Notes under the pieces: model-generated
Database searches by the model: none
What the model was told of the DNA's origin: nothing
The model's input: the letters and a program-made list of their open reading frames with translations, nothing else
NCBI RefSeq assembly: GCF_036323395.1
Contig: NZ_AP028907.1
Coordinates: 180,001-212,000 of the forward strand
Direction of reading: 5' to 3'
Source: Pyrodictium abyssi
GTDB lineage: Archaea; Thermoproteota; Thermoprotei_A; Sulfolobales; Pyrodictiaceae
Length of the DNA: 32,000 nucleotides
Shown here: in pieces, positions 1-10,178 of the stretch
Numbering within the stretch: the first letter of the stretch is position 1
Layout of the letters: each line of letters begins with the position of its first letter
Position numbers and translations under genes: made by a program

Positions 1-606
1 GTCCTCGTAAGCAGCCTTCACCTTAAGCTTGACTATTATGGGTTCTATGCCTAGCTTCTGGAGTATAGAGGCCAGTTCAGGCGATATCTCGTCGCCCGGC
101 TTAGCTACCTTCGTGTCCTTGGCTATCCATATACTGCCGCCCTGTACGCGTATTGGTACACGTAGCTTACCGAAGACGCTCATTATCGGGCCAGGCTTGA
201 AGCCGGTATCGCCCGCAGGCAGCACTATCTCTGTGGGAGCTATGTCGCCTGGCTTAGCGGGCTTGGTTGCATATATCTTCTCAAGGGCGAGAGCGAGCTC
301 AAAGGGGTTGAGGTTTGTGAATATGAACATGTTAGTACCGGTCAGGTAGGGCTCAAGGGGGGAAGGATCTACACCAGCCTTCTTGAGTGCTAGCTTGAAT
401 AGCGTGTTCTTAGCTACTCTAAGCACTACCTTGTCGCCGAACTTGCGCTCGATTTTCCTGCGTATACGCTGGAGCTGGGCTGTTGGCGTCTTAGAGAGGT
501 CCACTATTGCTACTACCCGGTAGTTCTTGGCTAGCTCTGCTAGCTCTTCTACTTCCTTGATCTTCCACTCCGGTATACGCCGCGCGCGGGCCTGTACGAC
601 ACTCAT
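1..606 (-). CDS. rpl10: Ribosomal protein L10 (uL10/P0), 3' end outside the window
   Basis: Minus frame from ATG at 606: MSVVQARARRIPEWKIKEVEELAELAKNYRVVAIVDLSKTPTAQLQRIRRKI...; immediately downstream of L1 and L11. Confidence 0.9.
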   Translation of the reverse strand, partial: MSVVQARARRIPEWKIKEVEELAELAKNYRVVAIVDLSKTPTAQLQRIRRKIERKFGDKVVLRVAKNTLFKLALKKAGVDPSPLEPYLTGTNMFIFTNLNPFELALALEKIYATKPAKPGDIAPTEIVLPAGDTGFKPGPIMSVFGKLRVPIRVQGGSIWIAKDTKVAKPGDEISPELASILQKLGIEPIIVKLKVKAAYED

Positions 607-687
607 CTTGTGATACACCTCCGACCCTGGAGCATATAACAGCCTGAGGCAATGAAAGAGACCGAGACACGTTTAGCAACACGTAGC

Positions 688-1350
688 CTAGCGCAGCATA
701 ACCTCCACTGGTGGGCCCATTGTTGTCTTGACTATTACCCTGGCTATGTTGTTCCTGGCGTTTGGCAGCTTGCCCTCAAGAGTGTTGAGCACCTTGTATA
801 TGTTCTCGACTATCTCCTCCACCTTCATATCCTCTGTGCCAACGCTGCACATCACTTGCGGCTGGTCCTTCATCCTAAGCATTACCGCAGAGCGGTACCT
901 CTTAACGAAGTCAACTATATTGGCGTTCGGCGGGACTGGTATGGGCACCTTGCCACGCGGACCTAGCGCGGGCGCTAGAGTCCTACCTACAAGGGGCATT
1001 AGGTCTGTACGTACCAGTACCCAGTCACAGAACTCTGCTATCTTCTTTGCAGCCTTACGGTTGCCTACAAGCCCTTGTAGCTCCTCCTTAGTCAGGACGC
1101 GGTCAGCTACCTCACGAGCCTTAACGGCCATGTCGCCGTCGGCTGCTACGCATATAGTCACCTTCCGGTTGGGCTGATGTGGCAGGAATACTACCTCTCT
1201 TATACGTCCCTGCGGGCTCTTAAGGTCAACATCGCGCATTACTACTATGAGGTCTACTGACTGCCTAAAGTTACGCCGCGGGCTGGCCTCTATGGCCTCT
1301 CTTACTGCCTTCTCTACCGCATCACGGGGCACAAATGACACTCTCGCCAC
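688..1350 (-). CDS. rpl1: Ribosomal protein L1 (uL1), probable GTG start
   Basis: VFLPHQPNRK..., PRGKVPIPVPPNANI, conserved L11-L1-L10 order. Confidence 0.95.
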   Translation of the reverse strand: MARVSFVPRDAVEKAVREAIEASPRRNFRQSVDLIVVMRDVDLKSPQGRIREVVFLPHQPNRKVTICVAADGDMAVKAREVADRVLTKEELQGLVGNRKAAKKIAEFCDWVLVRTDLMPLVGRTLAPALGPRGKVPIPVPPNANIVDFVKRYRSAVMLRMKDQPQVMCSVGTEDMKVEEIVENIYKVLNTLEGKLPNARNNIARVIVKTTMGPPVEVMLR

Positions 1351-1383
1351 CCCGGGCAGCCTGACTTAGCGGGGGAAGGGGGT

Positions 1384-1893
1384 CTAAGCCTTCTCCCACT
1401 CCTCTTCGTACTTCGAAAGCACTGCGTCGTAGACGCCTTCCTCCACCTCTCTCGTTACCTGCTTAGGATCCTTACCATCAACTGTTATACCTATACTCCT
1501 AGCAGAGCCTAGAATGGTCTTAACAGCCGCCTTCAGTGTCTTCGCTGTCAGACCCGGCTTCTTCATTATCGCTATCTCGACTATCTTTTCGAACGGTAGG
1601 TCCCCTATCTTCTGGTGTATCGGGTCACCAGACGGCTCCTTAGCGCCGACGGCTTTCAGCAGCAACTCTGTGGTCGTTGGTGGCTTAACCTCTATCTCGT
1701 ACTCCTTGGTGTCCTCGTCGACTATTATCTTAACCTGTACCTCGAAGCCCTTGTACCTAGCAGTAACCTTGTTAATCTCCTCGACTACCTTGTTTACGTC
1801 CAGCCCTACTTTCTTCAGTGAGTCGCTTAGAGGCGGGGCAGGAGAAGCCTCGCCCCCCTTAACCTTGACGTTGATGACTCTAATCGTGCCCAT
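1384..1893 (-). CDS. rpl11: Ribosomal protein L11 (uL11)
   Basis: [57 protein letters not shown]. Confidence 0.95.
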   Translation of the reverse strand: MGTIRVINVKVKGGEASPAPPLSDSLKKVGLDVNKVVEEINKVTARYKGFEVQVKIIVDEDTKEYEIEVKPPTTTELLLKAVGAKEPSGDPIHQKIGDLPFEKIVEIAIMKKPGLTAKTLKAAVKTILGSARSIGITVDGKDPKQVTREVEEGVYDAVLSKYEEEWEKA

Positions 1894-1895
1894 TG

Positions 1896-2417
1896 CTAGC
1901 TCCCTCGCTCCCTAGCGGGCCTCACCGAGTCACCTGGTACCGTGATTTGAAGGGGGTACTCAACCTCTAGCACATTTAAAACTACCTCATTCCTACCCGG
2001 CTGCACTCGTACAACTTGCGCCTTCATCCCACGGAAAGGCCCCGATATTATCTCCACAACATCGCCGGGCTTGAGCGTCTCGACTACAGCCTCTGGCCTA
2101 AGAAGTCTCTCCACGTCCTCGTAGCGCAGTATGCCTGGCACTACACCTTTAGCGTACCTTATTCCCTGTATCGCGTTAGCTGCATGAAACGCTGCAGGGG
2201 TCTCAACTATTACATATCCACGTATCTGTGACGGCACTATTACAGAGAATATTGGTATATTCTCGTCTTTAACCCGCTGCTCGATTATGAGAGCCACGTC
2301 TAGCTCTCTACCAGCAACAGTTCTTACAGCGTATAGACGTGGCTGTATAGAGGGTGAGCGTTGCTCCATACTATCCTCCTGCTCCACACGGCAACACCTC
2401 CGCGGCTCAACCTGCAA
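1896..2417 (-). CDS. spt5: Transcription elongation factor Spt5/NusG; real start probably internal ([22 protein letters not shown])
   Basis: NGN domain followed by KOW motif ([24 protein letters not shown]); next to SecE. Confidence 0.9.
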   Translation of the reverse strand: MQVEPRRCCRVEQEDSMEQRSPSIQPRLYAVRTVAGRELDVALIIEQRVKDENIPIFSVIVPSQIRGYVIVETPAAFHAANAIQGIRYAKGVVPGILRYEDVERLLRPEAVVETLKPGDVVEIISGPFRGMKAQVVRVQPGRNEVVLNVLEVEYPLQITVPGDSVRPARERGS

Positions 2418-2607
2418 GTAGTGTAGCGGCCACGAAGTGTATGACGTAGGCCACAGAGCCTACAAGGAGTATGGCGAGCCAAATCACCTTTGCCGCCTGC
2501 ATGTACTCTGTCTTGTCAGGCTTCTCTACGCGCTGGAGCACAAGCTTCCATTCGTGCAGAGTCGCTTTCACATAGTCTATGATACTCTCCTTCTCCTTTG
2601 CAGCCAT
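2407..2607 (-). CDS. secE: Protein translocase SecE/Sec61-gamma subunit
   Basis: Short protein with one C-terminal TM helix and the W-K-PDK-EY pattern, next to Spt5. Confidence 0.85.
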   Translation of the reverse strand: MAAKEKESIIDYVKATLHEWKLVLQRVEKPDKTEYMQAAKVIWLAILLVGSVAYVIHFVAATLLAG

Positions 2608-2674
2608 AACGCTACCCCACGCAGTAGCTGCTACACACGCGGCTTAGAAATGTAAGCTTTGCCGGGGCTGGAGC

Positions 2675-3616
2675 TCAGCCAGCCTCCTGCTTGAGGTCTG
2701 CTAGTATTTTCTCCGCATAGCGGCGAGGCTCGAAGGGCTCTAGGTCCTCGTAGCCCTGGCCGACGCCTATAAACAGTATAGGCTTTCCGGTCGCTGCGGC
2801 CACGCTTAGGGCTGTACCACCCTTGACATCGGCGTCAACCTTCGTGAGTATTATGAAGTCTATGCCCACAGCTTCGTCGAAGAACCTAGCCTGGTCCACG
2901 GCATCGTTACCGGTGAGTGAATCTACCACCAATGCACGGTAGTCGGGCTTGGCTACGCGGGTTATCTTACGCAGCTCCTCCATGAGGTCCTTGTCTGTAT
3001 GCAGACGGCCAGCTGTATCTATCAGCACTACACGGTAGCCGCGGGCACGCGCATACTCTATAGCATCGTAGACCACTGATGCAGGATCAGCGCCATAGCG
3101 TCCGCCTATAAATGGCACACCAAGTTTCTCAGCGTGCTTTCTGAGCTGCTCCTGTGCTCCCGCACGATAGGTGTCGGCAGCAGCTATAACCGGGGTAACA
3201 CCGTGGCTACGGAACATGTAGGCAAACTTGGCTATAGTAGTAGTCTTGCCTACACCGTTCACCCCAAAGAACACTATCCTAAGCGGATTATCCGGCGAGC
3301 GCTTAGCAGCCTCAGCAACGAGGTCTAGCTTGCGATAACCCCGGCTGAGTACCTCGGTTATAGAGTCCTCAAGAGCCTTTATCACGTGGCCTCGCAGGTT
3401 GCTAAACCTAGGTATCTTACTGCCAACGAGCTTTTCACGTAGCTTAGCAGCAATCTCCTCGGCAACTTCGAACGCCACATCACTCTCGGCAAGACTTATT
3501 ACGAGTTCCTCAAGTATTGGCTCAAGGTCTTCCTCACTTATCTCCTTCGTGGCAACGACTTCTGTTACATTGTCTACGAACTTCTTTAGCGCCTTCTTGA
3601 GCTTGCCGAATACCAT
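2675..3616 (-). CDS. ftsY: Signal recognition particle receptor FtsY
   Basis: SRP-GTPase motifs GVNGVGKTTTIAKFA, ADTYRAGAQEQL, DTAGRLHTD, LTKVDADVKGG. Confidence 0.97.
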   Translation of the reverse strand: MVFGKLKKALKKFVDNVTEVVATKEISEEDLEPILEELVISLAESDVAFEVAEEIAAKLREKLVGSKIPRFSNLRGHVIKALEDSITEVLSRGYRKLDLVAEAAKRSPDNPLRIVFFGVNGVGKTTTIAKFAYMFRSHGVTPVIAAADTYRAGAQEQLRKHAEKLGVPFIGGRYGADPASVVYDAIEYARARGYRVVLIDTAGRLHTDKDLMEELRKITRVAKPDYRALVVDSLTGNDAVDQARFFDEAVGIDFIILTKVDADVKGGTALSVAAATGKPILFIGVGQGYEDLEPFEPRRYAEKILADLKQEAG

Positions 3617-3807
3617 TCTACCACCCTAATGGCCCACAGCTGGCCAGTGCTAGTAAAAGCCGACGCCACATGGAGACGTGCTAGGGCCTAGAGACGCTAG
3701 CCGCCCCGGGCGAGAAAACCAGCGCGAAGGAGCCATGGGAGGCAAGCAAAACCAGTTGAGCCGAGGCGTTGGCACCGCTAGTGTGGCCAGGGGCGCGCTA
3801 GTGCCTG

Positions 3808-4257
3808 CTACTGTCTCGCCGGCTGCTGGCCCGTCTGTAGAGCTTGCTCTACCGCCGAGCGTAGAGCAGTATAGTACTGCGTAAGCTTAGCTAGCTCCCT
3901 CCTATAAGCATCTAGCAGCTTTGACATGGAGGCCCTCTCTTCACGCAGAAACGCAAGCGCCTTCTCGCGGGACACCTCAACGAATATGTCGAGGCCTGCG
4001 TGGACTACCACTCTCTCCAGCGGCTTTATCGATGCACGGACGAGAACACCGCCCCTAGAGTCTAGAGGAACTAGGGCGTCCTCAGCACCACCCTGTATAC
4101 CCATTATTGCCTCTTCCACCGCCGAGAGCTGAAGAAGCCTAGCCTCTAGCTCAGCTGCAGCTGTCTGCAACTGCTTTATCTGGTTCTCGAGAAGCATTAG
4201 CTGCTCGATAGCCTCTTCAAGAGTTATCGTCTGCTGTTTACTCAAGGCTTTATCCAC
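3808..4257 (-). CDS. pfdA: Prefoldin alpha subunit
   Basis: Coiled-coil ends around VPLDSRGGVLVRASIKPLERVVVHAGLDIFVE; follows ftsY. Confidence 0.85.
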   Translation of the reverse strand: MDKALSKQQTITLEEAIEQLMLLENQIKQLQTAAAELEARLLQLSAVEEAIMGIQGGAEDALVPLDSRGGVLVRASIKPLERVVVHAGLDIFVEVSREKALAFLREERASMSKLLDAYRRELAKLTQYYTALRSAVEQALQTGQQPARQ

Positions 4258-4505
4258 CTAGTGAGATTAGCTAACGCTACTAGGCTGCGGTCAGGCACCT
4301 CCTCCGGCGGCACCTCGACCACGCGCTCAATCTTTATATGATACCTCTTTATCTTATGGTTGCTACCCAGCTCCGACAGTACCTTCTCGACCGCGTGCTC
4401 CGGCTTTAGCGCTCTCACGTACTTCCTGAACTTCCACCACTCCGGCATCTTGTGAGGGCGTATCAGCATCCTACCCTCTACGAGGAAGAACTTCACGTCG
4501 CCCAT
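4242..4505 (-). CDS. rpl18a: Ribosomal protein L18a/LX (eL20)
   Basis: FFLVEGRMLIRPHKMPEWWKFRKYVRALKPEHAVEKVLSELGSNHKIKRYHIKI. Confidence 0.88.
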   Translation of the reverse strand: MGDVKFFLVEGRMLIRPHKMPEWWKFRKYVRALKPEHAVEKVLSELGSNHKIKRYHIKIERVVEVPPEEVPDRSLVALANLTRWIKP

Positions 4506-4535
4506 ACCGCAGCCCCCGGTTTAGGCTCCCTCGGC

Positions 4536-5213
4536 TCAGTCTCTGAGTCTTAAGGCTTGCTGAATCCTCACAAGCTCGGGGCCTGTTGTCTCATCGCCTA
4601 CAAGCGCGCCTTTATCGTTAGCCACTAGCCCTGCTTTCACAAAGTAGAGCCCAAAGTTTACAGTCGCTGTAGCGAATTCTACGCGGAATATGTTGCTCAG
4701 AAGCTTTATCTCCTCCTCGCTTATGCCCGGATGTACAACACCGCCACGGCTAGTGACAACTATCATCGAGCCTACCGTCGGTATGTCTGCAAGGTGTCGC
4801 TGATAGATGGCCTCTACACCTAGCACCTGCTTTATCTTCTCTACTGCCGACTTGTCTATAGTCGGCGATACTAGTGCACCGTAATTGTTAGCCGCTATTA
4901 GGTTCCCGAGCGCCGTCTGGCGTATCTCGAGGATCTCAAGCCGTATCTTGTCGCCTATGTATTCCCTCAGACTGTCATACTCTTCTGGCTTGACAATCCT
5001 CGGTAGAAGAAGCCCCTTATCATTCCCGGCAACCATGACGCCATTTATTATCATGTCGGCTATCTTTACAGCTACCACCTCAACGTCGAGTACATCAGCT
5101 ATTTTCTTCTTATCCTTCTCAGTTATGGTAGGAGGCACCAGCGCTATTCTGTTGTTAGCAAATATGTACACGCCTACATTGGGGTTCCCATGGACATTCA
5201 TGTACTCTATCAA
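4536..5213 (-). CDS. eif6: Translation initiation factor aIF6
   Basis: [65 protein letters not shown]. Confidence 0.95.
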   Translation of the reverse strand: MIEYMNVHGNPNVGVYIFANNRIALVPPTITEKDKKKIADVLDVEVVAVKIADMIINGVMVAGNDKGLLLPRIVKPEEYDSLREYIGDKIRLEILEIRQTALGNLIAANNYGALVSPTIDKSAVEKIKQVLGVEAIYQRHLADIPTVGSMIVVTSRGGVVHPGISEEEIKLLSNIFRVEFATATVNFGLYFVKAGLVANDKGALVGDETTGPELVRIQQALRLRD

Positions 5214-5427
5214 TCAGCGTCCCCAGTATTACGGTTGCGTACCACTAGGAGAGGTAATAGAACTGTCTGCTACAAAGGGAGCGTCCAGCCAGCCGTTAAG
5301 GATCCTCGGGACAAGAACACTGTATAGCAATACCGTGGATGCTTGAACTACCGTAAAGCCAGCTCAAAGGCGCGAGAGTACGACGAGCCGAGAGTTTAGC
5401 GAGAAGCGAAAACAGTAAGGATGCTGG

Positions 5428-5727
5428 CTACTGCTTGTTGGCCGCAGCAGTCTTCTTCTGTCTTACTAGCAGCACCTTGACCTTGCCAGTTTCCTGGTCC
5501 TTGACAGCCTTTACTGTTATGCGGCGCGGTGGCTTCTCTATGCTCCTAGACCATATGTACTCGTTCACGCTGTTGTGTATTATCACGTCTGATACGTCTA
5601 CGCCGAAGTGCCTCGCTATGAACTTCCTTACTAGCTTCACTGCGCGGGCTGCACGGTTAACACGGCGCCCCCAGTAGACGCGGGCTAGGGGGATCGTATA
5701 GACAGCCTCCTTCTTCTCCTTTGGCAC
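5428..5727 (-). CDS. rpl31e: Ribosomal protein L31e
   Basis: YTIPLARVYWGRRVNRAARAVKLVRKFIARHFGV. Confidence 0.92.
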   Translation of the reverse strand: MPKEKKEAVYTIPLARVYWGRRVNRAARAVKLVRKFIARHFGVDVSDVIIHNSVNEYIWSRSIEKPPRRITVKAVKDQETGKVKVLLVRQKKTAAANKQ

Positions 5728-5771
5728 GGCTTTTACACCCCTTTAAACCCGTCACCGTAGCCGGGCAGAGT

Positions 5772-5927
5772 TTAGACCTTTAGCTTAACTCTCCTCCAGT
5801 GCCTGCGCTTGGGGTTGTCGCGGAACCTCCTGTTAGTCTTTATCACTACCCATATGGGTACTGCGCGGTTCTGCTTAAGCGCCTTAGCCAGTCTTAGCTT
5901 CTTGCCGAGCGGCTTAAAATGCGCCAT
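5772..5927 (-). CDS. rpl39e: Ribosomal protein L39e (51 aa, absent from the supplied ORF track)
   Basis: Hand translation: [51 protein letters not shown]; next to L31e. Confidence 0.95.
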   Translation of the reverse strand: MAHFKPLGKKLRLAKALKQNRAVPIWVVIKTNRRFRDNPKRRHWRRVKLKV

Positions 5928-5962
5928 ACCCGTAGCGCACCCCCACGCCGCTGCCCTACCGC

Positions 5963-6310
5963 CTACTTTCTTTTAATCCTTATACGTGGCTCGCGCCTAG
6001 TCCTCTCGTATATAGCCTCTAGGAGCCTCTTTACTATATCCTCATCCACCGGTGGCTGCAGCTGGCCCGCCTGTACGAGCGCTATTATGTTGTCCTCAAC
6101 TATCTTAGCTAGCTCTGGCCGCACCAGCTTCACGTTAGCGAGGCGCTCTCTAGCCTTAGGCGTCAGTATAGCACGTAGGAGCGCATCTCTCCTCGCCGCT
6201 TCCTCCTGCTGGCGGCGCCGCAGCTCCTCCTCCATCTGTAGACGGCGCTGGAGCTCTGCTAGCTTCTTGCGCTTGATAGCCTCAAGTTCATCGTCGTAGA
6301 ACTCCGCCAT
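5963..6310 (-). CDS. PDCD5/TFAR19-family DNA-binding protein
   Basis: [57 protein letters not shown]. Confidence 0.9.
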   Translation of the reverse strand: MAEFYDDELEAIKRKKLAELQRRLQMEEELRRRQQEEAARRDALLRAILTPKARERLANVKLVRPELAKIVEDNIIALVQAGQLQPPVDEDIVKRLLEAIYERTRREPRIRIKRK

Positions 6311-6465
6311 TACGTGTCACACCCCCGGTGCAGAGAGCGCTAGAGAAGCTATACTTAGCGTTTAGGGCCGAGGAGTACTAAGCGGAGAACCGCTCGCCGC
6401 GAGGACGTGGACAAGAAACAACGCCGCGAGGAGAGTGGAAAACGCGCCTAAAACGTGCTCACGTG

Positions 6466-6927
6466 CTAGGCTAGGTACTTCTTCAGCGCCGGGTTCTTCT
6501 CAGCAAGCTCCTTCATAATCTCGTATGCCGTGTTGTCTAGCAGGCTGCGCCCCCTGGGGCTCAGTGTGCGCCCCTTGCCACGCACCTTGACTACCAGCCC
6601 TGCGCGCTCTAGCTGCTGTAGTATCTTCCTGACTATTGAGCCGGAGCCCTTAGCGAAGTGCTCCGGTGCTACGCCACGGTTCACACGGCCACCGTAGGCT
6701 GTACGTAGACGCTCTATACCCACCGGTGTGCCGCGCTTGTACAGCTTGCGTAGTATCGATGCCGCGCGGTAGTACCACCATTCGGGGTCCTCTGGCGGCC
6801 TCTCCTTGTGAACGCCAGTCTTCACGTAGTAGGCCCATGCCGGCGGCCTTATCTGCGGCATCTGCTTGAGCTTCTGTGCTACACGCTCTATGAGCAGGTC
6901 GGCTGGAACCTCTAGCGCCGTGACCAT
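6466..6927 (-). CDS. rps19e: Ribosomal protein S19e
   Basis: [54 protein letters not shown]. Confidence 0.95.
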   Translation of the reverse strand: MVTALEVPADLLIERVAQKLKQMPQIRPPAWAYYVKTGVHKERPPEDPEWWYYRAASILRKLYKRGTPVGIERLRTAYGGRVNRGVAPEHFAKGSGSIVRKILQQLERAGLVVKVRGKGRTLSPRGRSLLDNTAYEIMKELAEKNPALKKYLA

Positions 6928-7301
6928 CTTGCTCTCCTCCCCGCTACGCTCCGCTCCCTCACAGGCTGTATTTTATTCCTTCCAGCAGGCTCCTCCCGTC
7001 TACGCCGGGGCTGGGGCCTATAGAGTACGAAGGTGCGTCCTCTAACGTCGAGGAGGCGTGCACCCAGCTTCTCTGCTACCCGGCGTGCAAGCTCTCTACG
7101 GTCTAGCCCAGTCACCTTGACGGCTGTGCGGAGCGCTTTAACCTTCACTACGCCCTTCTCCTTGAGCCTACGGTCTATCTCCTTGAGCACTCCTTCGCTG
7201 AGCCCGTTCTTGCCTATTATCACGTCGGCGGGCCCCTGTTGCACTATCTCCTTCAGCCTCGCGAGGTTCCTCATGTACTCCGTACCTCCTAACCCTGACA
7301 A
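6912..7301 (-). CDS. CRM/YhbY-domain RNA-binding protein; start may be [13 protein letters not shown] at about 7274
   Basis: [33 protein letters not shown] pattern. Confidence 0.8.
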   Translation of the reverse strand: MSGLGGTEYMRNLARLKEIVQQGPADVIIGKNGLSEGVLKEIDRRLKEKGVVKVKALRTAVKVTGLDRRELARRVAEKLGARLLDVRGRTFVLYRPQPRRRREEPAGRNKIQPVRERSVAGRRARWSRR

Positions 7302-7617
7302 TGTAGCGGTGCCTGTACCCGCATATAAGGCATGTTACCACGCGCCTCGTAACTCTACCGTCACGCACAAGGCGCACCCTAGCAGTGAGACCGGGGACCA
7401 GGGGAGCCCAGCAGTTACGACAGACGCCACGCCGAAGCAGCATGGGCTTTGCGAGCCGGAGGAGCCTCCTAATCTCGTCAGCCTCCCTCAGCAAGGCTCT
7501 GGAGTAGTCGATCTCGCCCCTCCTAGCAGCCTCCACAGCCAATGCGTATAGCCTGTATATGGACTGTATACCGATATCTCGGGCAATGTCCTTAGAGGTC
7601 CTAGCTCTCCGGGGCAC
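7168..7617 (-). CDS. rnp4: Ribonuclease P protein component 4 (Rpr2/Rpp21-like); start is an estimate (GTG at 7617)
   Basis: Zinc-ribbon pair CRNCW...CLICGYRHRY after a helical N-terminus; cluster context. Confidence 0.75.
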   Translation of the reverse strand: MPRRARTSKDIARDIGIQSIYRLYALAVEAARRGEIDYSRALLREADEIRRLLRLAKPMLLRRGVCRNCWAPLVPGLTARVRLVRDGRVTRRVVTCLICGYRHRYIVRVRRYGVHEEPREAEGDSATGARRRDNRQERAQRRSAQGDRP

Positions 7618-7648
7618 TCTGGGCCAGACCCCGAGGGGATGCACAGCT

Positions 7649-8362
7649 TTGACCACTAATAGGCTGCGCACACAGCACAAGCTAAAGCTGATACTAGCCG
7701 AGGCCGCGTTAGAGACCGTGCCGCGCGAGATATGGGGCCATCCAGCAGTATACAAACACGCGAGGAGAAGAGGGAAACCACCCAGCAGTATACTGCTAGA
7801 CCGCAGCGTCCACCATCACGCAATGAAGAGGCTCCCCAACGCGGAGAAACGCGGGAGGCCAGACATAGTCCACGTAGCTCTCCTTGAGGCGCTAAGCAGC
7901 CCACTAAACAAGGAAGGCTTACTAGAGGTCTACATACACACGTTGAACGACTACGTGATATTCGTCGACCCTTCCACGAGAATACCGCGGAACTACAACC
8001 GCTTCACCGGGCTGATAGAACAGCTATTCCAGGAGGGCCAGGTGCCTCCACAGGGCAAGCCACTACTATGGATAAAACCGATGACGCTCAGGCGCCTCCT
8101 CGAAGAAATAAACGCATCATATGTAATCCTTCTAGCCGAAGATGGGGAAAACAAGCAGGTAAGAGAAATCGTAGCAGAAGCGCTAGAGAACGCACCCAAC
8201 GCAGCAATAATAGTCGGCGCCTTCCCCCATGGAGACTTCACACCGGAGACCAAGGAACTCGCTACAAGAGTCTACAGCATCTACCGCGGTAACCCGCTAG
8301 AAACGTGGACCGTAGTATCACACTTCTTGGCACTAGCAGCCGACATGCTTAACCTAATTTAG
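7649..8362 (+). CDS. nep1: Nep1/Emg1 rRNA methyltransferase; TTG start proposed inside ORF 7559-8362
   Basis: ILLDRSVHHHAMKRLPNAEKRGRPDIVHVALLEALSSPLNKEGLLEVYIHTLNDYVIFVDPSTRIPRNYNRF, GAFPHGDF. Confidence 0.93.
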   Translation: MTTNRLRTQHKLKLILAEAALETVPREIWGHPAVYKHARRRGKPPSSILLDRSVHHHAMKRLPNAEKRGRPDIVHVALLEALSSPLNKEGLLEVYIHTLNDYVIFVDPSTRIPRNYNRFTGLIEQLFQEGQVPPQGKPLLWIKPMTLRRLLEEINASYVILLAEDGENKQVREIVAEALENAPNAAIIVGAFPHGDFTPETKELATRVYSIYRGNPLETWTVVSHFLALAADMLNLI

Positions 8363-8437
8363 CCTCCAGGAGACACCAGACCGCCGAAAGAGGGTATATG
8401 CCGTATCGACGCCCCTACGATATAACGGTGACACAGC

Positions 8438-8800
8438 TTGATAGCACACGCGTATAGCGGCATGCTACCACCAAGCGACACAATATCGTTTATACAAGGT
8501 GCCGCACTCCTCGCCATAGTGTCAACTCTCATACTCTCAAGCCTCGACGTCCTGCCGGGCTTACGCAGAGTACTAGTGCTATCCATAGCAGTATTTCATC
8601 TTATTTATATCAAGGTCTACGCAGCCACATACGACCTACAGCTCGCCGTGAAGCCTCTCCTTGACGTCTTTATAGACGGGGACGGCCGTGTCTCTGCCAT
8701 GTTGGATCTCACGCAGGTAGCGGTAGCCAGTATACTGATAGACTACGTGTATACAAGGTACATACACTCCAAGAACAAGGAAAGGAATATAAACCCCTAG
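8438..8800 (+). CDS. Small membrane protein, unknown function
   Basis: Intact ORF with predicted TM segments next to nep1. Confidence 0.55.
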   Translation: MIAHAYSGMLPPSDTISFIQGAALLAIVSTLILSSLDVLPGLRRVLVLSIAVFHLIYIKVYAATYDLQLAVKPLLDVFIDGDGRVSAMLDLTQVAVASILIDYVYTRYIHSKNKERNINP

Positions 8801-8849
8801 CCTACTATGGCACCCATCAACCTGGACGGCACCGCAGCTGCGCGGTAGT

Positions 8850-8927
8850 GCCGCGGTAGTATAGCCCGGCCAAGTATGCGGGCCTCTCGAGCCCGTGACC
8901 CGGGTTCAAATCCCGGCCGCGGCACCA
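8850..8927 (+). tRNA. tRNA-Glu (anticodon CTC), CCA encoded in the genome
   Basis: Acceptor GCCGCGG/CCGCGGC, anticodon stem CGGGC-ctctcga-GCCCG with CTC at 8886-8888, T arm CCGGG-TTCAAAT-CCCGG. Confidence 0.95.
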
Positions 8928-8933
8928 ACCCTC
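8878..8933 (+). repeat. Left attachment repeat (overlaps the 3' half of tRNA-Glu)
   Basis: GCGGGCCTCTCGAGCCCGTGACCCGGGTTCAAATCCCGGCCGCGGCACCAACCCTC. Confidence 0.93.
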
Positions 8934-8992
8934 CCCATACCCCACACCCGCATCCCCTAATCCATATACCGTGTCACGGAGGCTTACTCTCT

Positions 8993-9313
8993 ATGGGGGT
9001 TCAAGTGCCGCCGCTTCTGACGTCGGTGAAAGTAGAGGCGAAGATAACGTACCAAGTCAAGAAGGGCAGATACCGTTATGCCTATTTGCACATTCCCGCG
9101 AGCATTAAAGCGCTAGTTGAGGGGCGTTACTTCAAGGTTGAAAAGAAGGGCAATGTGGTCATCTATAGAATTAGCGAGCCAGGACCCAATACCTATAAGC
9201 CCGTTAGATATGGTAAGAAGTCTATCTATATCAGGCTTCCTCTAGAAAATGTTATGGCAAAGAAGGCGATAATTGAGCTGCTTCCGGACGGCTTTGCTGT
9301 TCACCTTGTTTAA
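8993..9313 (+). CDS. Small AbrB/SpoVT-like protein (tentative)
   Basis: ATG at 8993; YAYLHIPASIKALVEGRYFKVEKKGNVVIYRI resembles a swapped-hairpin AbrB core. Confidence 0.5.
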   Translation: MGVQVPPLLTSVKVEAKITYQVKKGRYRYAYLHIPASIKALVEGRYFKVEKKGNVVIYRISEPGPNTYKPVRYGKKSIYIRLPLENVMAKKAIIELLPDGFAVHLV

Positions 9314-9324
9314 CTTACTCTAAG

Positions 9325-9373
9325 TGTCAGAGCCCTAGTCTGACAATATTCGCTACAACCCTGTAGGGGAAAC
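9325..9373. repeat. Composite palindromic unit: 21-mer (9325-9345), 1 nt, 27-mer (9347-9373)
   Basis: TGTCAGAgccctagTCTGACA a TATTCgctacaaccctgtagggGAAAC. Confidence 0.85.
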
Positions 9374-9398
9374 CAGGAGTGCCCTCGTGTCCTAGGGG

Positions 9399-9426
9399 GT
9401 TTCTCCCTTCTCGAGGAGAGGGAAAC
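9399..9426. repeat. 28-bp palindromic repeat
   Basis: GTTTCtcccttctcgaggagaggGAAAC, ending next to the stop codon of the ATPase ORF (9427). Confidence 0.9.
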
Positions 9427-10167
9427 CTACTTCTTGCTCCATTGCACCTTGAGCACTGCTGACAGCTTGCCATAGTTCTTTGCCCGCTCGAGGACCTCAT
9501 TGTAGAACTCTGCATAGGATCGCCTTATCTTGGCGTACCTCTCATAGATTTGGTCGCCTTCACGGAAGAGCCAGAACTGTATTTTCTTTACTTCGCTGCT
9601 ATCCCAGTAGAACTTGCCGTCCTCCCGCTGCTTTCTCATGTAGACTTTTGCCTCACTCATCCACCCTCTTCTCTCATCATAGTGGACTTTCCAGACTCTG
9701 GCCTTGTAGCGGTAGACGTAGCCATTTTGTATTATGCCACGCGGCAAGTGCTTCTCGCTCGTCATAGTCATTATCATAAATCCTGTCCAGGTTCTCATAG
9801 TCTCGATATGTCCCATGATTGCAACGGAGAATGGATCGTAGGGATAGCGCTTGACTATCTCCATCCAGGGACCGGCATCATCCCATACAATTAGCGGATA
9901 TCGTATTCCTTCTTTTAGTGCTTGATCTACCTTTTCTTGAAGCTCCATTGGCGTAAATATCAGTAGTTCAAACACCTTATCCCAGTCTTGTAGAAGCTCA
10001 TGGGCTATCTTCAGAGCTAGCGTGGACTTACCGCTCCCCAGCGGCCCCTCTATTACCAGGAGGAACGCGTTTTGTTTCACTATTCCCTCAATGCAGAACT
10101 GACGTGCAAGCTTTCGCCTAACGTTTTGGCAGATGTGCTTAATCTCCCACATATAGGGGTCCCCCAT
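9427..10167 (-). CDS. P-loop NTPase (element ATPase), specific family unresolved
   Basis: Walker A GPLGSGKST; Walker B-like YPLIVWDDAG; TMTSEKHLPRGI sensor-like segment. Confidence 0.75.
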   Translation of the reverse strand: MGDPYMWEIKHICQNVRRKLARQFCIEGIVKQNAFLLVIEGPLGSGKSTLALKIAHELLQDWDKVFELLIFTPMELQEKVDQALKEGIRYPLIVWDDAGPWMEIVKRYPYDPFSVAIMGHIETMRTWTGFMIMTMTSEKHLPRGIIQNGYVYRYKARVWKVHYDERRGWMSEAKVYMRKQREDGKFYWDSSEVKKIQFWLFREGDQIYERYAKIRRSYAEFYNEVLERAKNYGKLSAVLKVQWSKK

Positions 10168-10178
10168 TATAAAGAGCC

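Noticed and set aside
3678-3884. 68-aa plus-strand ORF between ftsY and prefoldin, or a stable RNA there
   Set aside because: No recognisable protein; I could not match conserved SRP, RNase P or tRNA cores. Left unannotated.
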